Of a DNA stretch of 64,000 bases, positions 51,180 through 61,304 are shown piece by piece. Numbering within the stretch: the first letter of the stretch is position 1; each line of letters opens with the position of its first letter. The translations under genes were made by a program, and so were the position numbers. Source of the DNA: Blastocladiella emersonii ATCC 22665 (lineage: Eukaryota; Fungi; Blastocladiomycota); assembly GCA_025594325.1 (NCBI GenBank), contig JANHCV010000006.1, positions 744,001 through 808,000 of the forward strand. The letters are read 5' to 3'. Under the pieces are notes generated by a model. It did not search any database, was not told the origin of the DNA, and was given only the letters and a program-made list of their open reading frames with translations.

Positions 51180-51737
51180 TCAAAAGTCGCGCGGCCGCTT
51201 GCGCGACGGCTCCGCGTCCATGGCCATCCACGGGAACACGGGTGTTGGTGGTGCGGCGGGCTTGTGCGCGTCCTCTTCGTGAGCAGCGTGTGGTGGTGGT
51301 CCCGTGAGCAGACTCGCGATCGGCGTCGCGAGATGGCTACTGCTGCTACTCTGCGCCGTTGGCGCCACGACCACTGGCACCGCAGACTCCACATCCCCCT
51401 CAGCCGCATCCGACGCCGCCGCCGCTGCCGCCACGAGGTGGCGCACGAGGTCGAGCGGGACATAGACGCGCCCGTTGGTGTGGACGGCGAGCGGGTGGTC
51501 GGGCAGCGAGTCGAGCAAGGCGGCCACGTCGCGCAGCGCCGTCTGGTACCCGCGGTGGTGCACGCGGCGCGGCGCCGTCACCGATTGGCGGTACAGCTGC
51601 GCCAGCGCGTTGGCCGCCGTCTTGAAGTGCGCGTGCGGGTCGTCGTCCGGGTTGGTGATGGGGGGAGCGAGGGGTGGGGCGGTCGCGGGGCGCGACGACG
51701 GGCCCGCGGGCGGCGCGTAGTTGGTGTTTGTGTTCAT
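51180..51737 (-). CDS. Small protein resembling the HAPSTR1/C16orf72 (UPF0472)-like family
   Basis: FKTAANALAQLYRQS......HHRGYQTALRDV matches the family pattern FxxAAxxvtxLY...GYxxALxD; C-terminal basic SRKRPR. Confidence 0.65.
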   Translation of the reverse strand: MNTNTNYAPPAGPSSRPATAPPLAPPITNPDDDPHAHFKTAANALAQLYRQSVTAPRRVHHRGYQTALRDVAALLDSLPDHPLAVHTNGRVYVPLDLVRHLVAAAAAASDAAEGDVESAVPVVVAPTAQSSSSSHLATPIASLLTGPPPHAAHEEDAHKPAAPPTPVFPWMAMDAEPSRKRPRDF

Positions 51738-51951
51738 GGTGGGGCAGGTTGCGCGGAGTTGATGCGTTGCAGGCGTCCTCGAGTGGACGATCGGGGTTGA
51801 GAGCGGGGAGCGCGAGGAGAGCGAGGGCGGAGGAAGAGGCGGAGACGAAGGCAGCACTTTGATTCACGCTGGCATCACGTTGGCGGCGCGCGCTGACTCG
51901 ACCCGCTTCACCTCCCTGCTTTGTCATCCCCGCTCTCTCCCTCTCAACGAA

Positions 51952-52991
51952 ATGACCAACGATAATACAATGGAACAACCACCGCAGAAACCCGAGGACG
52001 CGCCCGAGCACTGCCCCGGCGTCGAGTCGGCCGACGCGGGCAAGTCGTCGGCGTGCGACGGGTGCCCGAACCAGCAGATCTGCGCGTCGGGCGAGGCCGC
52101 GGGCCCGGACCCCGCCATTGCCGACATTGCGCGTCGTCTCGCGGGCGTGCGCCGCAAGGTGCTCATTCTCTCCGGGAAGGGCGGCGTCGGGAAGTCGACA
52201 ACGGCCGGTACGGTTACGTTGTGATGGTTGAGAAGTGAGCGAGACTGACCTGGCCGTGGTGTCTAGCGAACCTCGCGTTTGCGCTGTCGCACGACGAGAA
52301 CACGTCGGTCGGCGTGCTGGACGTCGACATCACGGGTCCGTCGATCCCGCTGCTGCTGGGCGTCGCCGACGACCGCGTGCACCAGACGAGTTCCGGGTGG
52401 ACGCCCGTCGCCGTCGACGAGACGCTGTCGTGTATGTCGATCGCGTTCATGCTCCCCTCGAAAGACGACGCCGTCATCTGGCGCGGACCGAAGAAGAACG
52501 GCATGATCAAGCAGTTTCTGCGCGACGTCGACTGGGGCGACCAGCTCGACTGGATGCTCGTCGACACGCCGCCCGGCACCTCGGACGAGCACCTCTCGGT
52601 CGTCACCTACCTCAAGGACGCGGGGATCGACGGCGCCGTCCTCGTCACCACGCCCCAGGAGGTCGCCCTGCAGGACGTGCGCAAGGAGATCTCCTTCTGC
52701 CGCAAGGTCGGCGTCCCGATTTTGGGGGTGGTCGAGAACATGGCCGGGTTCGTGTGCCCCGGGTGCAAGCACACGAGCGACATCTTCCGCCCGACGACCG
52801 GCGGCGCCCGCGCCATGTGCGCCGCCCTCGACGTGCCGTTCCTGGGCTCGATCCCGCTCGACCCGCGCATCATGCGGTCCGCCGACTCGGGCGTCAGCTT
52901 CATGGACGAGTTCCCCGACTCGCCCGCGACTATCGCGTACCAGGCCGTCGTCGACCACCTCGAGTCCGTCTTCTCCTCTTCCTCCGAATAG
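51952..52991 (+). CDS. NBP35: Cytosolic Fe-S cluster assembly scaffold Nbp35/NUBP1
   Basis: N-terminal CX13CX2CX5C (HCPG...[10 protein letters not shown]); [10 protein letters not shown]; VIWRGPKK; [11 protein letters not shown]; [11 protein letters not shown]; intron 52208-52266. Confidence 0.96.
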
Positions 52992-53038
52992 CCATCCTGT
53001 TACTGTACATAAAAACACACACTTCTCTCGCTCACCCC

Positions 53039-55565
53039 CTAAACCTCTTCGAGCCCGTGCACCACGACCTTGGTAACCGACGACGCCTGCGACGCCCAGG
53101 GCAGGATCTCAAGCATCCCCTCGCGCGCGAGCTGCACCGCGCGCTTCCACGCGAGCCCGCGACGTCCTTCAAACTCGGCTGCCTGGCGCACCCGCTGCGC
53201 CTCGGTCTGCTCCTCGGTCTGCCGCGGCTGCCCGCGCCCGTACGCCGCGCGCTCCTTGGCGGCCGGCGCGTCGGCCTCGGGCACCACGACCGTCGCGGGC
53301 TCGAGCGCCGCGTTCCCCGTCGCAATCGAGTTCACGATCCCGTCCAGCTTGTACGTCCGCCCGCGGTCGCGCACGCGAAGCACCATGGCGTGGATCCCGC
53401 GCAGGAGCTCCCGGTCGGCGGGCTCGGCGAGCGCCGACTGGATTTCGGGGAGCGAGAGCCCCGTGAACGCGCGGACCAGGTCGCGCGGGGACATGCTCGC
53501 GACCGAGAACACGGCCGCGGCCGGGTCCGGCGCCAGCGCGAACTTGAGCACCCCCGCGGCCTGCTGGTTGAACAGCGGGAGGACGGGGACCGGCGCGGCG
53601 AGATCCGCCGGGTCCATGAGCTCGCCGAGATGCACGCGGCGCACCGTCGTCACGACCGTCCGCTCGGCGCCGCGCCGCGACCGGACGACGGATTCGTCGG
53701 GCAGCGCCTCGGCGTCGTCCATGTACAGCTCCAGCACGCCCGTCGCCACGAGCCGCGTCACGACCGCCTCGGCCACCGGGTGCGTCAGGTCCGGGTACGG
53801 GTTGAGCCATGGGCGAAGGTGCGCCAGGTTGCGCGACACGTACGCGAGCAGGGCCGGGACGCGGTAGTGCTCGCGCGCGCGGTACACTTTCGCAAGTGTC
53901 GTGTGCATGTCCGCAAAGTCGAGCGACGCCAGGATATCGCTGAGCGGCGGCGCCGGCGGCGGCGTCGGCCGTTCCGAACGCGGCGTGTGGATCAGCTCGG
54001 GGGCGGGGGCAAGGGCGGGGGCTGCGGGCTCGGCGACGGGCGACGGCGACTTGCGCTTCTTCTTCTTCTCCTCAGAGATGTCGTGCTCGACGACCTCGCG
54101 CGGATCGTCCTCGTCCTCGTCGCTGCTGAGATCGTCATCGCCGAGCCCCGGCTGCTCCTCGAGGAACGGCTCGTTCTCGGGAAACTCCATGTTCTCGGTC
54201 GCGAGCCACGCCGCCTCGGCGAGACGGAGACTCTCCTCCTCGGACATCGCGGGAGGTGGCGGGGTCCCGCGACCGGCCTTGCCCTTGGCGCCCTTGGCGG
54301 TCTTGCCGTTCGCCGGCGCGGGTGTCGGTGACGCGGGCTTGGCCGCCGCCGCCGCCGTCGCCGCCGCGTCGGCCGCGAACATGCGCTTGTACACGCCGCG
54401 CGCCTTATCCTCGCGCTTGTCGAGCTCGGCGACGAGCGCGTCGAACGTGGCCTTGGCGGCGGGGAACGCCGCGGCCGCCTCGCCCGCGACGCGGCGCACG
54501 TCGGCCTCCTTGCCCTGCGCGTCGAGCGCACGCGCGAGCCGGAACGCCGCCTTCTCGAGCGACGCGAGGGGTACCGGCCCGCGGACCTGGTGCGGCTCGT
54601 TGAGCATTTTTTCGAGGGAAGGCGCGCCGGTCAGGCTGGTGGTGGAATCGGCGAGCAAGAACACGGCGCGCGCATGGCGCTCGGCCCACGCGGGCTCCTG
54701 CAGGTGCAGGTACGCGAGGGCGAGGTTCAGGTGGCACGCGGCGGCGAGGTGTGCGGCCGCGGCGGGGTCGAGGTTGGCGGCATGGGCGAGCGCGGTCGTC
54801 GCCTGGTCAGCCAGCGCAAAGTACAGCTTGACGGCGGTCACGCGGTCGGCGCCCGACGTCAGCAGCGCGTTCGCGGCCGACTTGGTGGACTCGGCGCGCG
54901 CGAGCCATGCGGACGCGGGTTCCGAGTACGGCTACGTCAGGGGAGGGAGAGGGGTGTGTGAGGTGGGGAGGCGTGTGAGATGGAGGGAGGAAGAGAGCGT
55001 ACCCGCCACGGCAGCGCGAGGATCTCGACTTGCACGTCGACGAACGGCTCGGCGAGGTCGACAGCCACGGTCGGGTGGCGCGGGGTCACTACAGAGCGAG
55101 TAGTGAGCCGAGGATCAGCGTGAGACGCGAGCAATGGACGCGTACTCGCGTCCCCCGCAACCCGGAAGGTCGCGCGGTCGCCGCACCGCATGCCGACGAT
55201 GGCGGCGTCGAGGCCCTGGACGATGCCTACACGCTCTCGCGACGCGTTAGATCGCGGTCTTCGCACCGTGCAGTAGACCAGCGTACCCTTGCCCGGGACA
55301 TGGAGGTGCGGGACGTGCGGGTAGCTCGCGTGCGACGCGGCGATCACGGACCCGTCGGGCCGCGTCATGTAGTAGCTCACTGTTCGTCAACAGTCGTCAG
55401 TTTCTGGCGGACTCATCGCGTCCAACGCGACGACGTACTGTGTACCGGATCCCCCTCGGCCACGACGTGTTCCGCGAGCCGCGGCGGCCCGGCCCACGGC
55501 GTGCGCGACAGCACCGTGACGCCGTCGGGCACGCTGCCGGTGTGGTCAAGTTCATCCGTAGTCAT
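53039..55565 (-). CDS. FKBP-type PPIase-like domain + TPR immunophilin with a long unassigned C-terminal region
   Basis: After splicing: GDPVHMSYYMTRPDGSVIAAS...VPGKGIVQGLDAAIVGMRCGDRATF (FKBP fold); TPR helices CHLNLALAYLHL, KAAFRLARAL; post-TPR KARGVYKRMF typical of FKBP51/52-type proteins. Four GTACG-type introns. Confidence 0.82.
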
Positions 55566-55742
55566 CGCAGTGGTGCAGCACTTGGAGCTGGGGGGAGAGA
55601 GGGAGGGGAGCGCGAAGGTCGGTGGCCTCGAAACAGCAGGCGGACACGACGGCCATGCGCTGTCCGACTTGTCACGTTCCCCTCCCCTCCCACGCCTGCA
55701 TTTTGGGAAGAGTATCACGGGCACTCCCTGCAACGTATTCGC

Positions 55743-56897
55743 ATGTCATCCATTGGGCCCGAGCTGCCGCCGCACCTGCGCAAAAAGCGCGAGGAGGCCA
55801 AGCGCCGCGAGGTCGCTGCACCACCACCACCGGCGGCCGAGGAGGAGGTTGCGGTTGGACCGGCGCTGCCGCCGCATCTTCGGCGCCGCAAGCCGGAGCC
55901 CGCGGCCGGCGAGGATGACGATGAAGTGGGCCCGGCACTACCGCCAACAGTGGGTCCGATGCGGCCACCCGTCGCTGGTCCATCACGCCCGCCCACCGTC
56001 GGCCCGTCGCGCCCATCGCCCACCGTCGGTCCCGCTCGCCCACCCTCCTCCTCCATCCCGTCGCGCCCGCCACCCGCCGACGACAGCGACAGCGACGACG
56101 ACCTCGTCGGCCCTTTGCCGCCCTCGACCGCGGTCCTGGCGCAGCTGCGCGACCCCGAGTACCTGCGCGCCCTGCAGCAGCAGGAGGCCGAGGAGCGCAT
56201 CGCGCAGGCCGAGAAGGCGCGCGCCGACGCCGAGGCCGAGGAGCGCGAGCGCGCGGCGCGCGGACCGCAGCGCGGCGAGTGGATGATCGTCCCACCCACG
56301 GCCAAGCCGATCGGGTTGCCGGGACCCGGGCCCGCGCGGTCCCGCCAGTTTGCGACGCGCGAGGCCAACCATGAGATCGACCGCGCGTGGGTCGAGACGC
56401 CGCAGCAGCGCGCCGAGCGGCTCGCGAAGATTGCTGCGGCGGAGGCGGTGGGTGGGGGTTCCGCGACGAAGAAGGTACGACCAGACAGCGCGTGAGCTGT
56501 GGCCTCAGGGTACTGACATTCGCAACTCGTTTGTAGCGCAAGGCACGCGACGAGCCCAAGCCCATGTCCGAGCGCGACCGCCAGCTCGCTGCTGCCGTCG
56601 CCGACTTTAACGTGCGCTCACCCTCCCCCCGCTTCCCACTCACCTCTCGCTGACACTTCTGCCTCGCACTAGGCCGCCCACCGCCCCGCCTCGCTCCTCG
56701 AAGCCTATGACGCGGGCCTCGACAACGCCAAGCGCCGCCGCACCGACGCGTCCGACGACCCGACCAAGCGCGGCTTCGACCGCGACCGCGACGTGCTCTC
56801 CCGCGCGCCCATCGACGGCCGCGCCCGCGCCAAGATGGTCGCCGAGGCCAAGACCATGGACTCGCGCTTCTCGCACGGCTCCAGCGCGTTCTTGTAA
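55743..56897 (+). CDS. GPALPP1: GPALPP motifs-containing protein 1-like (DUF3752)
   Basis: MSSIGPELPPHL, repeated GPALPP, RGEWMIVPP, WVETPQQ, RPASLLE, FDRDRD; two introns. Confidence 0.85.
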
Positions 56898-56945
56898 ATT
56901 GAATGGATCGTGTATCTATAACTGCTCACAAGGATTATGTACATC

Positions 56946-58904
56946 TCACGCCATGAACAGCAGCCCAGCGCCAACCACGGCCGCGACCGTGAACCCCGCA
57001 CTGCCACGAACGGCCGCCGCGCTCGACGCCTCGACGCCGTTCGCACCAATCGCGCTCGCCGCAATACTCCCCGCGTCGTACGCGTTGCCCGACCCGGCAA
57101 TCACGGGCACCGGCTCGCCGTTATCGCCCGCCGACGCCGTGTTCAGCACCGCGGCGGCATTCGGCGTCGCGGAGGGAGCCGGCGCCGACTGCGTCTCAGG
57201 CTCGACGGCCAGCGTGAACGCGGAGGCCTCGGTCGTCGCGGCCGCGGCCGCGGGGTCCGCAGCAAACGTGAAGCTCGGCATCGACTCCATGTTCTCGGTC
57301 GCGTCAGCCGCGGCGGCGGCGGCGGGGGTCGCGCGGCCGGCGCTCGACGTGCACGGCGTCGTAGTGGTCACGGCGGCGGGCGAAGCGTAGTTCTCGGCGG
57401 CGGGCGCAGCCGCAGGGGCCTCGTACCCGCCCGCAGGCGACTCAGCAGGAGCCTCGGCACCGCGCGCGTACGCCTCGTTGTCATCCTGCGCGAGCGACGC
57501 CGGCGCCTGGTACTCGGGGACCGCGGGGGCGGCCGCCGCGGCGGGAGCGGGGTCGCGCACGTACGACACGTTGGGGACCTGCGGGCGCGCGGCGGGAGCC
57601 TCGTACGCCGGCTGCTGCGGGCGCACGACGACGGGCGCAGGCTGCTGTGGGCGAGGGCGGCGAGCAGGGGCGGGCGCGTGGACCGGCTCGCGCACCGGGA
57701 CCTGGGTTACGCGGACGACACGCACGATGGTCGTTGTCACCGCGGGAGCGGCCGTGGTCGTGGCGAGGACCGGCTTCGGCTTGGGCTTCGACGGGCGCGC
57801 AGCGACTGGGGCCTGCGTCGCGCGCGCGGCGGGCGTCGACGCACGAACGACCGAGGTGGCGGTGGAGGTCGAGACGGGCGAGGACGAGGTACTGGTCGAC
57901 GCGACGGCAGCAGCCGAAGTTGAGGTCACGGAGGTTGAGGAAGGGACCGTCGGAACAGCCGTCAATGAGGTTGCCGCGGTGGCCGTCGTCGAGGCGCTCG
58001 AGCTCGCCGCAGCGGGAGCCGTCGGGCGCGGCGGCCGCGTCGTAGCCGATGTAGTCGCGCTCGAACTCGCCGCCGTCGAAGAGGTAGAAGCACTCGTGGC
58101 GGCCGGCGCCGAGGGCACAGGGACCGGCGCATCGGGAACCGCAGGCGTCGCGACGGGGATCGGAACCGACGAACTCGAGGTCGCCGCCGCCGCGGTGCCG
58201 CCCGTGTGCGTCGCAATCGGGACCGGCGGCTCGTTGACGGGCGCCGAATTCCCGGGCATGCTGTTGCGCGACGGGTGGATGGCCGGCGGCGCGGGCGCAC
58301 CGTCGTTGGGCGTCGTGTCCTGGATGCTCTTGTGCGACCCGCCGTTCTCGACGGGAGCGGGGGCAGCGACCGCAGCGGGCTTGCGCGGCGGCTCGGCCGC
58401 GGCGACGGGCTCCTTGGCCGCGGGGGAAGCCGGAGCGGAGTCCTTGACCACGGGGGCGGCGGGAGCAGGCTCCTGGACTGCAGGCGCGGCGGGAGCAGGG
58501 GCCGGGTCGGCGCGGACGGGTTCCGGCGCGGGCGCAGGGGCAGGAGCCGGGGCACGCGAGCGCGGCGGCTCGGGCGTCTCCTCAACGACCTCGACCGGCG
58601 CCGGCTTGGGCTCCTGCCTCTGCTGCTTGGGCGGAGCCTCGGGCTCAGGAGCAGGGGCCGGGGCGGGAGCCGGGGCGGGAGCAGGCGCCGGCTCAGGCGC
58701 ACGGGGAACCGCGGGCTCCGGCCGAGCGGGCTCGGGAGCGGGGGCGACGGGGACCGGCGGCTGCGCGCCGCCGAGGTTCAGGTCGATGAGCGGGGCCTGC
58801 GGGACGGGCGGCTCCGCGTCCTGCGGGCGCGGGTGCGGCGCGGCCGACACGGCAGCGCTCGCCAGGAGCGCCGAGGCGATGAGAATCTGGGCCGTGATGC
58901 GCAT
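56946..58904 (-). CDS. Secreted Pro/Ala/Thr/Ser-rich mucin-like cell-surface protein, probably GPI-anchored
   Basis: Signal peptide MRITAQILIASALLASAAVSA; (PA)n and S/T tracts; C-terminal SSAAAVRGSAG plus hydrophobic tail FTVAAVVGAGLLFMA*. Confidence 0.85.
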   Translation of the reverse strand: MRITAQILIASALLASAAVSAAPHPRPQDAEPPVPQAPLIDLNLGGAQPPVPVAPAPEPARPEPAVPRAPEPAPAPAPAPAPAPAPEPEAPPKQQRQEPKPAPVEVVEETPEPPRSRAPAPAPAPAPEPVRADPAPAPAAPAVQEPAPAAPVVKDSAPASPAAKEPVAAAEPPRKPAAVAAPAPVENGGSHKSIQDTTPNDGAPAPPAIHPSRNSMPGNSAPVNEPPVPIATHTGGTAAAATSSSSVPIPVATPAVPDAPVPVPSAPAATSASTSSTAASSSATTSATTRPPRPTAPAAASSSASTTATAATSLTAVPTVPSSTSVTSTSAAAVASTSTSSSPVSTSTATSVVRASTPAARATQAPVAARPSKPKPKPVLATTTAAPAVTTTIVRVVRVTQVPVREPVHAPAPARRPRPQQPAPVVVRPQQPAYEAPAARPQVPNVSYVRDPAPAAAAAPAVPEYQAPASLAQDDNEAYARGAEAPAESPAGGYEAPAAAPAAENYASPAAVTTTTPCTSSAGRATPAAAAAADATENMESMPSFTFAADPAAAAATTEASAFTLAVEPETQSAPAPSATPNAAAVLNTASAGDNGEPVPVIAGSGNAYDAGSIAASAIGANGVEASSAAAVRGSAGFTVAAVVGAGLLFMA

Positions 58905-59603
58905 GTTGGTGGAGCGCGTGGAGTTTGAGAGGGGAGGAAGGGGTGTGATGGGGAGAGTGATATACAAGGAGGTTCCGACGGGTCTACCGCGGGGAATGAA
59001 CGGTCTAGGGAGGCGCGAGGACTGTACAAAGTCGAGGGCGAAGCGTGCTCGACACGCTGCGGAGACTCGGGGAAGAGTTAGGGGATGGGTGAAGCGTTAG
59101 GCGGGGAGCTCAGTACAGGACGGGGGCCACGGAGCTTTTGAAGGCAGCGCATTCCTTGCTGCCCGCGCGCACGCGCTTCCAACGATTCCGCAGCGGAGCG
59201 CGCTTCAAATGAAATTTCCTTGTGTGCAAACAAGGTGCCATCGAGCCTCGCGGCTTGACCGGCGGTGATGCAAGCCTGATCGAATTTTTGATCAGGTCAC
59301 GCGGACGTGAACAGTCGCGCCGCTCAGCCACCGCGATTTCTCCGCGCCCAAGTTCTTCGCTAGGGCGCTTCCTTCACGACCAAGAATCGAAAAGGGAGCC
59401 TGGCGTAAGAAACGCACAACGTGTAAAAGGGTCACCGCCTTTGCCTAGACCCAGTCCATGGGTGTGCAACCGTGCGCGCCGCGGCTCAGTTGTCTTGGAG
59501 CAACGCGACTCGATTTCATGCCCACACAGTAAGTCGCTTTCGCTTTAGCGAGGCGGGCCGCCCATTGCCACTACGCTTCTCGCACATCGTGGCTCGCAGA
59601 AGA

Positions 59604-61067
59604 TTATGAGCCGCCGAGACCACACGGGTAGCTTGCACCGACATCAACATCGTTTATTGCATTGAAGAGACTGTCGTGCCAGGTGATTGTCTGATCGTCG
59701 GGATCGTACACGGCCGTCACGAGCTGGCGGCCTGGCCCCGGGAACGCGAGGAAACTAAGCACGCGACCGCAAAGTTTCTCGCGCAAAGTGTCCATGACGA
59801 TTCGACGCTGCTCGTCGTCGCCGTAGTCTTGCGACATCAGGTACCGCGTCGTGAACGAGAACATGAAGACGGTGTGGTCGACGAGCGCGGGACCGCGCGG
59901 CTGCATTTCGAGGTAGAACATCGCCGTCATCTTAGGAGAGAAGGACGGGGTGCCAGGAAAGCCATAGCCGAGGAACTCGGTCAGGATCGAGATCAGCGAG
60001 GGAGAGTCCGGGTCGCCTGCCAGTCGAGTTGACGGTCCCTTGGCCGCCGCGCTCCTCTTCAAGCTTGGCGAGCTACATGAATGATCAGTCGGGTTAGCCG
60101 CGAGACGCGGGGCTCGATGAGAATGCGAACGTACGCTGGCCTTGACAGCGCGCATGACATGGTCGTCCTCGAGCTCCTGTCCATTCCAACCAGGATTAAA
60201 TTCGCGAGCGTAAAAGCGAAGGGCGTTTTTCTACGTGGGACGACGGCGGTGAGCGCGCGGAACGGGATCGAGTAGAAAAAGCGAGCGAGCCCCTCGTACA
60301 TAGGTGCAGCGCAGGAGCTCGTTGCGGCGGTTCTCAGGACCATTCCTGCCTCGGGACAGCACTTCGGGATTTGCGAGCAGCGGGAAGAAATCGTCCACTT
60401 CCGCGGCCGCGACGCCCTTCTTGCGCAGTGTCTCGCGGACAAACAGCTCCATGGCGTAGAGCGCAAAGAAGAAGTCCTCGTCGTCGTCGTTGATTTGGCG
60501 GAAGCGTTGCTGGGAGACGACGCGGCGGATCTCGGAGCCGACTCCAAACAGATCGCGCAACGAGCCCGCGAGACACTCGTGCTCGGCCACATATCCCGCG
60601 GCGTTATAGAAGCTATCGTGCCAGGTGATGGTGTGCTCGTCGGGGTCGTACACGGCGGAGACGAACTGGCGGCTCGCCTCGGGGAAGACGAGGAACGCAA
60701 GCACGCGACTGTGGAGGATTTTGCGGAGTGCGTCCATGACGACCTCGCGCTGCTGCTCGTCACCGTAGTCCTGCCGCATCAGGTACGACGAGGTGGCCGA
60801 GGACATGAAGACGGCGTGGTCAGCAAGCTCAAACCGGCGCGGGTGGATCTCGAGGTAGTACAGCGCGAGTTGCTCGGGGCGCGGCTGCTGGGTGAAATCA
60901 AAGGTAGCCATCTCGCGCATAACGCCCGCCATAAATTCTTGCGGTGGGTTCAGAGCTTGGACACGTTTCGCCACGGTGCCCTTGATAAAGCGCGCCTTGG
61001 CGAACGCCTTGGCGACCATGGGCGGCGGCGGCCCGCTGGGCTTCATTGGTTTACGTTTGCCTCCCAT
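59604..61067 (-). CDS. Tandem pair of Ulp1/C48-peptidase-like domains lacking catalytic His/Cys; downstream copy truncated and out of frame
   Basis: FLVFPEASRQFVSAVYDPDEHTITWHDS...RQINDDDEDFFF and FLAFPGPGRQLVTAVYDPDDQTITWHDS; introns 60231-60299 and 60073-60134. Confidence 0.55.
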
Positions 61068-61304
61068 TGCGATAAGTGTCAACGTTCAGGACTTGTGCAT
61101 TTTGACGCGGGTAGGGAGCGCAGACTTGCGTGGAGCGCGAGCAGCGAGGGTGAGCGTGCTGATCGGTGCAACAATTCTCTTGATCACATGATAGGTTGTC
61201 GCGCTTTTTTGTCTCGCGACCTTGAGACACGTCAGGAGGGCCTCAAGACGCGCGGCGATGAGAGACACGATGAAGAACATCTTACATGTATTGAGCATCT
61301 CGCG

